The notes: generated by a model not told the origin, from the sequence alone. A stretch of 60,074 nucleotides of DNA from an uncultured Flavobacteriaceae bacterium (GCA_913031185.1 CAJWDI010000001.1:1-60074); one strand, 5' to 3'. Counted from the stretch's first letter, positions 40,456 to 50,100 are shown. Program-made: numbers and translations.

Positions 40456-40537
40456 TGTAATCCAATGTTTGTGAATTTAAGTCCAATTTAAATCAATTTT
40501 TAAAGTCTAATTTTTTAATTTTGAATAAATTATTACC

Positions 40538-41185
40538 ATGCAAAAAGATTTAGGGCATTACAGAAAATCTTATGACAAAGGAAGTCTGCATGAGAAAGAC
40601 GTTCCAAAAACGCCCTTTATGCTTTTTGAACAATGGTTCTCAGAAGTAGACCATCATTTTCCTGAAATTGAAACCAATGCCATGACGCTTTCAACTATGG
40701 ATGCTAGTGGTTACCCCAAAGGAAGGGTGGTATTGCTCAAGCAATTCAGTTCTGAGGGGTTTGTTTTTTATACCAATTATCAAAGTGAAAAAGGAAAGGC
40801 ATTGGCATCACATCCAAAGGCTTGTTTGTCCTTTCATTGGGAAGGCGCAGAACGACAAGTTATTATCAAAGGGAGTACCGAAAAAATAGCAGCAGAATCA
40901 AGTGATGCTTACTTCAGTTCTCGTCCTAGAGGAAGTCAACTAGGTGCTCATGCATCTCATCAAAGTATAGTGGTTGAAAGTCGCTCAGTAATTGAAAACA
41001 ACCTTAAAACGTTGGAAGAAAAATTTAGAGACCAACCTATACCTCGCCCTAAATTTTGGGGTGGTTTCATCGTAAAACCTATTGAGGTTGAATTTTGGCA
41101 AGGACGTGCCAATAGACTTCACGATCGTATTCGTTACCAACTTCAAAAGGATTTTAATTGGAAAGTTGAACGTCTATCTCCTTAA
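40538..41185 (+). CDS. pdxH: Pyridoxine/pyridoxamine 5'-phosphate oxidase
   Basis: NAMTLST, RVVLLK, FYTNYQSEKG, SRPRGSQ, EFWQGRANRLHDR. -7 box at 40516-40523. Confidence 0.96.
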   Translation: MQKDLGHYRKSYDKGSLHEKDVPKTPFMLFEQWFSEVDHHFPEIETNAMTLSTMDASGYPKGRVVLLKQFSSEGFVFYTNYQSEKGKALASHPKACLSFHWEGAERQVIIKGSTEKIAAESSDAYFSSRPRGSQLGAHASHQSIVVESRSVIENNLKTLEEKFRDQPIPRPKFWGGFIVKPIEVEFWQGRANRLHDRIRYQLQKDFNWKVERLSP

Positions 41186-41336
41186 TTATCTAATACTGTG
41201 GTTATTTTAAAACTTATATTATAGCAATTGCCTAATTACTTCTAGGCTCCAAATTTAAGATAACCTACTGCGATTGGAGGAATATTTCATAAAAAGTATA
41301 AACAATGACGATGGGCGTGCATTTCGCTAGACAAAT

Positions 41337-41918
41337 CTATCCGTGGATACTTTCAGTGCGGCTCAAATCCTTCATGATTTTGGCTTCAAATTCTAAAAGC
41401 GCATTCCATTTAGCATCTACTTCGTTGCGATTTCCGTATTGTCTCGCAAAATTTAGAAACATTGTGTAATGGTGGGCTTCACTAATCATCAGTTTTTTAT
41501 AGAACTTAGCCAGTTTTTGATCGCTTAAATTTTCAGAGAGTAAACGAAATCGCTCACAACTTCTCGCTTCGATTAATGCGGCATAAAGCAGGCGATGCAC
41601 CAGTTGAGTGGTTCGGCTTCCGCCTTTTGGAAAAAATTTTAAAAGGGCCACTACATAGGCGTCTTTGCGGTCCCTTCCAAGAGTTTTCCCACGTGCAATA
41701 ATTAAATCGTGTACCATTTTAAAATGGCTGATTTCTTCCTCTACCAAGGCGGTCATTTCTTGGACAAGTGCCGTATACTCAGGAAATCCAACGATAAGTG
41801 ATATGGCGGTACTGGCGGCTTTTTGTTCACAAAAGGCATGATCTGTCAGAATTTCATCTATGTTCATTTCAGCAATATTGACCCATCTTGGGTCAGTTGG
41901 AAGTTTCAGTCCTAACAT
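41337..41918 (-). CDS. miaE: tRNA-(ms2io6A)-hydroxylase MiaE
   Basis: DHAFCEQKAA, EEISHF, IEARSCERF and SEAHHY di-iron motifs. Confidence 0.92.
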   Translation of the reverse strand: MLGLKLPTDPRWVNIAEMNIDEILTDHAFCEQKAASTAISLIVGFPEYTALVQEMTALVEEEISHFKMVHDLIIARGKTLGRDRKDAYVVALLKFFPKGGSRTTQLVHRLLYAALIEARSCERFRLLSENLSDQKLAKFYKKLMISEAHHYTMFLNFARQYGNRNEVDAKWNALLEFEAKIMKDLSRTESIHG

Positions 41919-41921
41919 GGT

Positions 41922-43661
41922 TCACAAATCTAAATTGAAGGTTTTTTTTAAGTTTTCAATGGCAGGGTTTTTAGCTTTTAATTTGGCAAACTTTTCTTCC
42001 GCGGTGTAAGCAAATTCTTTTTCCATTGATTCATTCACTGTAATGTCTAATTTAATGTCAAAATTATTCAAAGATTTTCTTAAAAATTGTAGCAATTCCG
42101 TTTGTTGGCGTTCCACTTCTATTTTATTGGTTGAATTTGGAAATTCTAAGGCAATTAAAAAGTCCTCTTTCAGCTTTGGAATGTCAATCTTAAGAATAGC
42201 CGCAAGATTATACCGCCCTTTTGCTTCTAATGATTCTACATAGGAACCCCAAGACGCAATCAATTGTGCTTGTGAAAAAGTATCTTTTGGTAAATCCTCT
42301 TGATTTATGGCGACGTCCATTTGCCTTATTTGATGGTCTTTCTTACGCTGAATACTTTTTAGAGACAAGCCAGAGGATTGTCTATTGCCAATTGGCATTA
42401 CGGGACTTTTAACAGTCGTTTTGGGGGGTGTTGGCACCGTGGTTGTGTTTTCTATACCTTCTTTAGGCATCTCAGATTTATTATCTGGGCTGTATGTTTG
42501 CTTTGATGGATTATTTTCTTGTACAACAGTAGGGGGCGTTGTAGGCTCAGATTTTGAAAAATAAGCGGCAGGAATTATGAAGTTAAGGGGCTTTTTTTTT
42601 TCTCCATCAAAATTGATAGAGGCTAATTTCATTAAACAAATCTCCACCAGTAAACGTTGATTTCGACTGCTGCGGTAATTTAAATCACAAGTATTGGCAA
42701 GCGATAGGGCTTCACTAAGGAAACTAGTAGTAGCTTTTTCTGACTGCAATTGATACTTTTCATTGACTGTGGGACCAGTTTCCAACAATTCAAGCGTTTC
42801 TGGAGTTTTGGATACAAATAAATCTCTAAAATGAGATGCAAGACCACTTATGAAATGCTGACCTTCAAAGCCTTTGGAAAGCACTTTATTAAATAAAATT
42901 AGAAGGGCAGGAATGTTATTATTTAAGATGAGATCTGTGGCCTTAAAAAAAACATCATAATCTAACACATTGAGGTTTTCGGCAACAGCTTGACGTGTCA
43001 GCTTTGCCCCTGAAAAGCTTACAACTCTATCAAAAATTGACAGGGCATCGCGCATGGCACCATCAGATTTTTGAGCAATGATGTGTAAGGCATCGTCATC
43101 GGCCTCTACACCTTGCTCTTTAGCAATAAGTTTTAAATAATTTTTGGCATCTGCAACAGTGATTCTTTTGAAATCAAAAATTTGACAACGCGATAAAATG
43201 GTTGGGATAATTTTATGTTTTTCGGTTGTTGCTAAAATAAAGATGCAATGCTTTGGTGGTTCCTCTAAAGTTTTTAGAAATGCATTAAAAGCATTGGTGG
43301 AAAGCATGTGTACTTCATCAATAATATATACTTTATAAGCACCAATTTGAGGCGGAATCCTTACTTGATCTGTCAAATTACGAATGTCATCAACGGAGTT
43401 GTTAGATGCAGCATCTAATTCAAAAATATTGAAGGCATAATCTTCATTGTTATCAACCTCACCTTGGCTATTGATCATTTTAGCCAATATACGGGCACAA
43501 GTGGTTTTACCAACCCCTCTGGGACCTGTAAAAAGTAAGGCTTGCGCTAAATGATTGTCTTTAATGGCTTTTTCAAGGGTGGTTGTAATGGCCGACTGAC
43601 CCACAACGTCCTTGAACGATTGGGGTCTGTATTTTAATGCAGATACAATAAATTTTTCCAT
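41922..43661 (-). CDS. dnaX: DNA polymerase III subunits tau/gamma
   Basis: KYRPQSF, GPRGVGKTT, ELDAASNN, IIDEVHML, KTLEEPP, SRCQ, GAMRDALS. ATG 43661. Confidence 0.96.
   Translation of the reverse strand: MEKFIVSALKYRPQSFKDVVGQSAITTTLEKAIKDNHLAQALLFTGPRGVGKTTCARILAKMINSQGEVDNNEDYAFNIFELDAASNNSVDDIRNLTDQVRIPPQIGAYKVYIIDEVHMLSTNAFNAFLKTLEEPPKHCIFILATTEKHKIIPTILSRCQIFDFKRITVADAKNYLKLIAKEQGVEADDDALHIIAQKSDGAMRDALSIFDRVVSFSGAKLTRQAVAENLNVLDYDVFFKATDLILNNNIPALLILFNKVLSKGFEGQHFISGLASHFRDLFVSKTPETLELLETGPTVNEKYQLQSEKATTSFLSEALSLANTCDLNYRSSRNQRLLVEICLMKLASINFDGEKKKPLNFIIPAAYFSKSEPTTPPTVVQENNPSKQTYSPDNKSEMPKEGIENTTTVPTPPKTTVKSPVMPIGNRQSSGLSLKSIQRKKDHQIRQMDVAINQEDLPKDTFSQAQLIASWGSYVESLEAKGRYNLAAILKIDIPKLKEDFLIALEFPNSTNKIEVERQQTELLQFLRKSLNNFDIKLDITVNESMEKEFAYTAEEKFAKLKAKNPAIENLKKTFNLDL
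42591..42601 (-). other. dnaX recoding site: A10 run ending in A_AAA_AAG
   Basis: Minus strand GAA AAA AAA AAG CCC CTT AAC TTC ATA. Both alternative frames stop within a few codons. Confidence 0.75.
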
Positions 43662-43741
43662 TGTTAACAAATTTAAATATTCAAGTCTAAAATCATTGGA
43701 TTACGCAATATAAAATAATGAGGAGTTATCAACAATTTACG

Positions 43742-43749
43742 TATTTTTG
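43742..43749 (+). promoter_or_regulatory. -7 box (TATTTTTG) for rnpB
   Basis: TAnnTTTG ending about 5 nt before the RNase P P1 helix. Confidence 0.7.
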
Positions 43750-43753
43750 CGGC

Positions 43754-44054
43754 AAAGCAGATCGCCTTATCGCTGTTCGTTTTACGAAGAGAGGAAAGTC
43801 CGAACACCGCAGTGCAGCATAGTGGTTAACGGCCACCAATTGTGAAATTAGGAAAAGTGCAACAGAAAGAATGTACAGGTTAAGCTGTAGTGAAATCAGG
43901 TAAACTCTATGCGGTGCAATGCCATGTAAATCAACGCTTGAGTGCGGCACGTACAATGTTGAAGGGTAGGCAGCTAAAGTTTTCTGGTAACAGAAAACGT
44001 AGATAAATGATAAGGGCCTTGATGGGTACAGAATTCGGCTTATAGATCTGCTTT
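43754..44054 (+). ncRNA. rnpB: RNase P RNA (bacterial type A)
   Basis: Terminal helix AAAGCAGATC/GATCTGCTTT and conserved GAGGAAAGTCC, AGTGCAACAGAAA, GGTAAACTC, AGATAAATGAT and ACAGAATTCGGCTTA. Confidence 0.97.
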
Positions 44055-44057
44055 TTT

Positions 44058-44591
44058 TTATTCAAAAAAACTAAAACAATTTCCCCCATAGGTTTTCAAC
44101 TCAATAAAGTTTTCAATAAAGCTTAAATTGGTGTGTTTGGAGTGCTCGACAATGCAAATGCCATTGGGATTGATAAGTTTTCGCTCGAAAATAGTTTGTA
44201 CTAATTTCTCAAAATTAGCTTGTTCCAATGCATAGGGTGGATCTGCAAAAATTAAATCATATTTTTCAATGGTTTTTTCCAAATACGTAAATGCATCTAA
44301 ATTAAATGCTTCAATAGGCATTTCTAATAATTTAGAGGTTTCCTTAATAAACTTAATACAACGACGGTCTTTTTCAATGGCCTGAACGGAAGTGGTCCCA
44401 CGTGAGCAAAATTCATAACTGATATTTCCAGTACCGGAAAACAAATCTAGTACTTTTAGTTTATCGAAATCGAATCGGTTTGACAAAATATTAAAAAGCG
44501 CTTCTTTGGCCATGTCGGTTGTGGGGCGGACTGGCAGCTTTTTAGGTGCCTGCAAACGCCTTCCTTTGTGATTGCCAGAGATAATACGCAT
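44058..44591 (-). CDS. rsmD: 16S rRNA m2G966 methyltransferase RsmD
   Basis: MRIISG, RPTTD, LDLFSGTG, FADPPY, IVEH. Confidence 0.95.
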   Translation of the reverse strand: MRIISGNHKGRRLQAPKKLPVRPTTDMAKEALFNILSNRFDFDKLKVLDLFSGTGNISYEFCSRGTTSVQAIEKDRRCIKFIKETSKLLEMPIEAFNLDAFTYLEKTIEKYDLIFADPPYALEQANFEKLVQTIFERKLINPNGICIVEHSKHTNLSFIENFIELKTYGGNCFSFFE

Positions 44592-45358
44592 TAAATACTA
44601 TTTAAAAGTGTGAAATTTTGAGTAGAATTGTTTTGCGCACATCTAATGTTTGAAAAACCAAGCATAGACACATGACGGATGTATTTGTAGGCCATGTCAT
44701 ACAATGCGTCGTTTTCTGTTATCGCGCCTAACAAAACGCATTTAAAATGCTCTGGGTTTAATTCCAACTGTTCCGCAGTAAAAAGGATGTAATATATAAA
44801 ATCCTCTTTGGTTTGGTATTCAAATTGGTTGTACAAAAGTAGATTGTCGTCTTTGACTACGACCAAGTCAAAACAAGAAGATTCAACGTTTACAAAGACT
44901 TTTAGCTCCGAGTTATTTTTCTCCAACTGTAGAATTTTATCAATAAGAACTGTAGCAGCATGCTTGTACTCAAAACTTCCAAAACGCTCAAAAATATAAT
45001 TATTGATATTGACATAGGGGACATAGACCAACATCATATCTTCATTTTGAATGGCGTCGTAGGTTATAAAATCAGTTTTAAAAATTTTTGTGTTGTATTT
45101 TAAATAATCAGATAAATGCGCTTCTTCAAACAGTGGTGCAGGGACTAAAGTTTGCATTTCATTTTGATGAATGATTTGAACTTTAGCAAAGGTAGTTTGC
45201 AAGCTTTCGTGGGTATTGAAAGCCTCTATAATTTTCTCTAAAAGTACTTTAGGTGTGCACTTTTTTTCAAAATCTTGAGCTATGAAATTAACAATAGAAT
45301 CTGAGAATGTATCTAGTATCAAAAAAGAAAGTCCACTCAAGCCTGCTTGAATGGACAA
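44591..45358 (-). CDS. DUF3822 family protein
   Basis: SIQ..LSGLSF, TLVP..LF, EDFIYYILF. Position upstream of rsmD is typical. The exact start is uncertain. Confidence 0.78.
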   Translation of the reverse strand: MSIQAGLSGLSFLILDTFSDSIVNFIAQDFEKKCTPKVLLEKIIEAFNTHESLQTTFAKVQIIHQNEMQTLVPAPLFEEAHLSDYLKYNTKIFKTDFITYDAIQNEDMMLVYVPYVNINNYIFERFGSFEYKHAATVLIDKILQLEKNNSELKVFVNVESSCFDLVVVKDDNLLLYNQFEYQTKEDFIYYILFTAEQLELNPEHFKCVLLGAITENDALYDMAYKYIRHVSMLGFSNIRCAQNNSTQNFTLLNSI

Positions 45359-45380
45359 TACTAAATTTTGTTCCGATATG

Positions 45381-46112
45381 TTATTGTTCGTTTGAATAAT
45401 TCTTTGGCCAATTTCCGTTGGTATTTACCTCATCCATGGAACCTACTTTTAAAGTGGGTCCATTTACCCCTTCAACCGACATTACCTCCTCTTCTTTATC
45501 AATTAGGTTTTCGTCTTGGTCATACAAAAGTAATTCTTTCGCTACAGAAACTTCGAATACGGGAATATTTAGTCCATTTTGAGGCACATATCCAGTTTCT
45601 AATTTGAATATCTGATCGGGTTTCCCAACAGGAACATTCATCATGGTTTTATAGCGTGGATCAATTCCAAATAGCGAATCAAGAACCGGGACAAAACCCA
45701 GAGTGTCAATGATAACAATATCTTTGGTGGTGTCAACTCCGTAGCGTTTTGTTAATACTTTATCAATGATTGTAGAATCTCTTCTTTGTGTGATGGTAAA
45801 TTTTTCATTTTCAATAAATTTGACCAAAGAATCCCAATTGTTTTGGAATTTTCCAGTTACGGTTTTGTGAGCCAGTTGCGAATCTCGTATGTCTTTGAGA
45901 TTCTCAATGACAATTTTATAGCGTTTTTCCTTTTCTTTATTGAATTGAATTTCTCCATATATTGACATAAAAGTTATGTAAGCCAAAAGAATTATGATTG
46001 ACCACAAACCAACAAGAATGGCAGATTTGAATTTTTTTGGAATGTATTTATCAATCAACCAAACAATTAGTATTGTTAGAATAATAACAGCAATGATAGA
46101 GAAGATGGCCAT
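45381..46112 (-). CDS. Conserved Bacteroidota membrane-anchored hypothetical protein
   Basis: Two N-terminal TM helices, LKDIRDSQ, LKVGSM, GNWP. -7 box TAGATTTG at 46142-46149. Confidence 0.75.
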   Translation of the reverse strand: MAIFSIIAVIILTILIVWLIDKYIPKKFKSAILVGLWSIIILLAYITFMSIYGEIQFNKEKEKRYKIVIENLKDIRDSQLAHKTVTGKFQNNWDSLVKFIENEKFTITQRRDSTIIDKVLTKRYGVDTTKDIVIIDTLGFVPVLDSLFGIDPRYKTMMNVPVGKPDQIFKLETGYVPQNGLNIPVFEVSVAKELLLYDQDENLIDKEEEVMSVEGVNGPTLKVGSMDEVNTNGNWPKNYSNEQ

Positions 46113-46231
46113 AGTTTTGTATTAAGAAATATCAATAAGGACAAATCTACAATTTTTTTTTATTCAATAAAGTGAATGCGGCCAAAAATCATTCTTATCT
46201 TTGGTTGAACTATTTTCAGCTTTTTAATTCA

Positions 46232-47656
46232 ATGACCGCATCTGAATTTTATCAATTATTAAAATCGGGTTTTCCGTTCATACCAACGGCCAAGCAATCC
46301 CTTAGTCTTCAGCGATTATCGGCCTATATCTTTGAGTCTACAAAAGAAGACATCTTTCTTTTGAAGGGTTATGCTGGGACTGGTAAAACCACCATTATTG
46401 GAACGCTTGTACAAAATTTATGGAAGGTAAAGAGAAAAGTAATTTTGTTGGCACCCACAGGGCGTGCTGCTAAAGTAATATCAAGTTATGCTGCCAAAGA
46501 AGCTTTCACCATTCACAAAAAGATTTATGTGCCAAGGGCTGATAAAAATGGAAAAATGAGCTTCATTCTAGGCCCCAATAAGTATAAAAATACACTTTTT
46601 ATCATTGATGAAGCTTCAATGATATCAGATGTTTCTAGCCAATCACGCCTTTTTGGAAGTGGTGCTTTATTGGATGATTTGATTCAATTTGTATATTCTG
46701 GTCATCAATGTAGATTGTTGCTTATTGGCGATACTGCACAGTTACCTCCAATCAATATTGAATTAAGTCCTGCACTTAATGCTAATAAACTTGAACTGAA
46801 CTATAATAAAAATGTCACTTCTATTGAATTAGATGAAGTGGTGCGTCAAGATCTTGATTCTGGTATCCTTTACAATGCGACAGAACTTCGAGAATGTATC
46901 TCAAACCAATTCTTTGAAAGTTTCGAATTTAAATTAGATGGGTTTAGTGATATCATACGGCTTGTTGACGGCCACGATATTATGGATGCCATAAACGAAT
47001 CTTATTCTCAACTTGGAAACGAAGAAACAGCCCTAATTGTACGATCTAATAAACGTGCCAATCTGTATAATCAGCAAATTCGTTCACGCATCTTATTCAA
47101 TGAACACGAATTGACTGCGGGTGATTTTTTAATGATTGTTAGAAATAATTACTTTTGGCTCAAGCCAAGCAGTGAGGCTGGGTTTATTGCCAACGGGGAT
47201 ATCATTGAAGTTTTGGAAGTTTTTAGCATAAAAGCACTTTATGGTTTTCGTTTTGCAGAAGTAAAAATAAGATTGGTGGATTACCCCAAAATGAAACCTT
47301 TTGAAACAGTTTTGATGTTGGACACTATTGGATTGGAAACCCCCTCTCTGCCTTATGAGGATGCCAATGCATTGTATCAAGAGGTCCTAAAAGACTTTGA
47401 AAATGAAACTTCCGGCTACAAAAAGTTTTTAGGCGTTAAGAAAAATAAATACCTCAATTCACTTCAGGTAAAATTTTCCTATGCCATGACCTGTCATAAA
47501 TCACAGGGGGGGCAATGGAACACAGTATTTGTAGAGCAGCCTTATTTGCCTAATGGGATTGACATGGATTATTTGAGATGGCTTTACACCGCAGTTACGA
47601 GAGCCAAAGAAAAACTATTTCTTATCGGTTTTAGTGATCAATTTTTTGAATCCTAA
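46232..47656 (+). CDS. RecD-like SF1B ATP-dependent DNA helicase
   Basis: GYAGTGKT, LAPTGRAAK, IDEASM, GDTAQLPP, TCHKSQGG, YTAVTRAK. The -7 box at 46196-46203 supports ATG 46232. Confidence 0.9.
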   Translation: MTASEFYQLLKSGFPFIPTAKQSLSLQRLSAYIFESTKEDIFLLKGYAGTGKTTIIGTLVQNLWKVKRKVILLAPTGRAAKVISSYAAKEAFTIHKKIYVPRADKNGKMSFILGPNKYKNTLFIIDEASMISDVSSQSRLFGSGALLDDLIQFVYSGHQCRLLLIGDTAQLPPINIELSPALNANKLELNYNKNVTSIELDEVVRQDLDSGILYNATELRECISNQFFESFEFKLDGFSDIIRLVDGHDIMDAINESYSQLGNEETALIVRSNKRANLYNQQIRSRILFNEHELTAGDFLMIVRNNYFWLKPSSEAGFIANGDIIEVLEVFSIKALYGFRFAEVKIRLVDYPKMKPFETVLMLDTIGLETPSLPYEDANALYQEVLKDFENETSGYKKFLGVKKNKYLNSLQVKFSYAMTCHKSQGGQWNTVFVEQPYLPNGIDMDYLRWLYTAVTRAKEKLFLIGFSDQFFES

Positions 47657-47722
47657 GCAATTAACACTTCTTTAATTTATGGCTCAAAAAAAAAATGTAT
47701 TTTTATCGTTAAATTGAATTTA

Positions 47723-48457
47723 ATGATAATTATTGCAATGATTCCTGCACGCTACAGTGCCAGCCGATTTCCTGGAAAGTTGATGAAAGACTTAGGAGGT
47801 ATGACTGTGATTGCAAGAACTTATCAGGCCACTCTAAATACGGGTTTGTTTGACGCTGTTTATGTGGTTACGGACAGTGGTGATATTTTCAACGAAGTCC
47901 AATCTATTGGCGGCCATGTCATCATGAGTCAAAAGGAACACGAATCTGGAAGTGACCGCATTGCAGAAGCTGTTGCGAACATAAATTGTGACATTGTCAT
48001 TAATGTACAAGGGGATGAACCCTTTACCGAAAAAGAAAGTCTAGAAAAATTAATTGACGTTTTTAAATCCGATTTCCAAAAACAAACTGACTTGGCGTCA
48101 TTAATGGTTAAAATTGATGACAAATCTGAAATCGAAAATCCTAATTGTGTGAAAGTGATTACTGATGCTAATAATTTTGCGCTTTATTTTTCAAGAAGTG
48201 TCATTCCACACCCAAGACTTGATTCAGCTGATGTACAATATTTCAAACACAAAGGGGTTTACGCTTTTCGTAAAGCCTCGCTTTTAGAATTCACGAAGTT
48301 ACCGGTTTTAGGCCTTGAAGCCAGTGAAAAAATTGAATGCATTCGCTATTTGGAGCATGGAAAGAAAATTAAAATGGTAGAATCTTTTATTGAAGGCGTA
48401 GAGATCGACACACCTGAAGATTTGTTGAAAGCGCAAAAAATTTGGACTTCAAAATGA
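47723..48457 (+). CDS. kdsB: 3-deoxy-manno-octulosonate cytidylyltransferase
   Basis: [41 protein letters not shown]. Confidence 0.95.
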   Translation: MIIIAMIPARYSASRFPGKLMKDLGGMTVIARTYQATLNTGLFDAVYVVTDSGDIFNEVQSIGGHVIMSQKEHESGSDRIAEAVANINCDIVINVQGDEPFTEKESLEKLIDVFKSDFQKQTDLASLMVKIDDKSEIENPNCVKVITDANNFALYFSRSVIPHPRLDSADVQYFKHKGVYAFRKASLLEFTKLPVLGLEASEKIECIRYLEHGKKIKMVESFIEGVEIDTPEDLLKAQKIWTSK

Positions 48458-48476
48458 AATACAACCCAAACCACAT

Positions 48477-49556
48477 ATGAATTTTAAAAATTTCCCCATG
48501 GTTTCAAATGTCGTCTTTGGACGTGGTAGTTTCAGTCAAATTGATGAAATTATTGCTCCTAAACGTCAAAATGAGTTGGCGCCATTTATCTATTTAATTG
48601 ACGATGTTTTCAAGGAAAATGAAAATATACTCTCAAAAATTTCCTTAGCCTATTACGACTATATTATTTTTATTTCAACAGCGCAAGAACCCAAAACATC
48701 TCAAGTTGACGCGATGGTTGAAGAGATCATTCTAAACACCAAATCTGTTCCTTCTGGGATTATAGGAATTGGCGGAGGCTCTGTCATGGACCTGGCCAAA
48801 GCAGTCGCTTTGATGCTTACTAACGTTGGCTCTAGTGAAGATTACCAGGGTTGGGATTTAATTAAAAATCCTGCTGTATTTCATGTTGGGATTCCCACCA
48901 TTTCTGGCACTGGTGCAGAAGTGTCAAGAACAACGGTTTTAAATGGCTCCAAAATGAAGTTGGGAATCAATAGTGATTTCACCCCCTTTGACCAAGTCAT
49001 CTTGGACCCCGAACTTACAGAAGGTGTTTTAAAAAACCAATGGTTTTATACTGGTATGGATTGTTTTATACATTGTGTAGAATCTCTTAACGGACATTTC
49101 ATCAATGACTTTAGTAAAAGTTATGGTGACATGGCCTATGCACTTTGCAAAGAAGTCTTTCTAGGAGACCTCGAAGAGCACGACATGCAAAACAAACTAA
49201 TGATGGCGTCTTGGCATGGTGGGATGAGTATTGCTTATTCACAAGTAGGGGTGGCCCATGCGCTCAGTTATGGTTTATCGTTTGTTTTAGGAGTTAGACA
49301 CGGCATCGGTAATTGTATTGTTTTCAACCAGTTGGAGGGATTTTATCCAAAAGACGTACCGATTTTTAGAGCAATGATGACCAAACATAAAATCGTTCTT
49401 CCAATGGGTATTTGTAAAAACTTAAGTGAAGTTCAGCTTGATAGAATGATTGAAATTGCATTACAGCTCGAGCCTTTGTGGGCTAATGCCATTGGTAAGA
49501 ACTGGAAAAAAACAATTGACAAATCAATGCTTAAAGCCTTATATAAAAAAATGTAA
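48477..49556 (+). CDS. kdnB: Fe-ADH family Kdo 8-oxidase, KdnB-type
   Basis: MNFKNF..FGRGSF, GGGSVMD, YQGWDLIK, PTISGTGAE, QWFYTGMDCFIHCVESL, GGMSIAYSQVG, HGIGNC. These match Shewanella KdnB as recalled, and the gene is adjacent to kdsB. Confidence 0.85.
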   Translation: MNFKNFPMVSNVVFGRGSFSQIDEIIAPKRQNELAPFIYLIDDVFKENENILSKISLAYYDYIIFISTAQEPKTSQVDAMVEEIILNTKSVPSGIIGIGGGSVMDLAKAVALMLTNVGSSEDYQGWDLIKNPAVFHVGIPTISGTGAEVSRTTVLNGSKMKLGINSDFTPFDQVILDPELTEGVLKNQWFYTGMDCFIHCVESLNGHFINDFSKSYGDMAYALCKEVFLGDLEEHDMQNKLMMASWHGGMSIAYSQVGVAHALSYGLSFVLGVRHGIGNCIVFNQLEGFYPKDVPIFRAMMTKHKIVLPMGICKNLSEVQLDRMIEIALQLEPLWANAIGKNWKKTIDKSMLKALYKKM

Positions 49557-49563
49557 TGACCTG

Positions 49564-50100
49564 ATGTTTTCAAAATTTATATACCGTAAAATATTAGGTT
49601 GGAAAGTCACAGGGTTTAATGATTTTCACAGTGTCAAAAAAGCGGTCATCATTGCGGTTCCCCATACCAGTTGGCATGACTTTTATATTGGCGTATTATT
49701 ACGCTCAGTTATTGGCGTTAAAGCGAATTTTATCGCAAAGAAATCCCTTTTCAATCCACTGACGGGTTGGATGTTTAGGGCTTTAGGTGGGGCTGCTGTA
49801 ACCCGAAAAGGTAATGAAAGACAAGTAGATGCCATTGCCAGACTTTTTGAAAATCGCGACGTATTTAGAATGGCCATTGCGCCGGAAGGCACTCGAAAGA
49901 AAGTTGAGCAATGGAAAACAGGGTTTTACTATATTGCTAAAAAAGCAAATGTGCCCATCGTGATGTTTACATTAGATTTTAAAAATAAAGAAAATAGATT
50001 TTCAAAACCATTCTACCCGACTGATGATATCAAATCCGATTTTAAGTTTATGCGTTCTTTTTTTGAGGGAGTTGTAGGAAAAATCCCCGAATATTCTTAA
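49564..50100 (+). CDS. 1-acyl-sn-glycerol-3-phosphate acyltransferase family protein
   Basis: PHTSWHD (HxxxxD), IAPEGTR, KTGFYYIA. ATG 49564. Confidence 0.88.
   Translation: MFSKFIYRKILGWKVTGFNDFHSVKKAVIIAVPHTSWHDFYIGVLLRSVIGVKANFIAKKSLFNPLTGWMFRALGGAAVTRKGNERQVDAIARLFENRDVFRMAIAPEGTRKKVEQWKTGFYYIAKKANVPIVMFTLDFKNKENRFSKPFYPTDDIKSDFKFMRSFFEGVVGKIPEYS

Noticed and set aside
33010-40456. Short similarity between the mnmE 3' end (ATCGGTAAGTGAT) and the dld 3' end (ATTGGAAGTGAT) as attL/attR
   Set aside because: Only 7 contiguous identical bases, explained by Lys-stop codons. No integrase is present.
41186-41336. 150-bp spacer between convergent pdxH and miaE examined for an sRNA, terminator or small ORF
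   Set aside because: No convincing stem-loop, repeat or ORF found by eye.
43729-43956. 75-aa minus-strand ORF in the ORF track
   Set aside because: It is antisense to the RNase P RNA gene, which fully explains the sequence.
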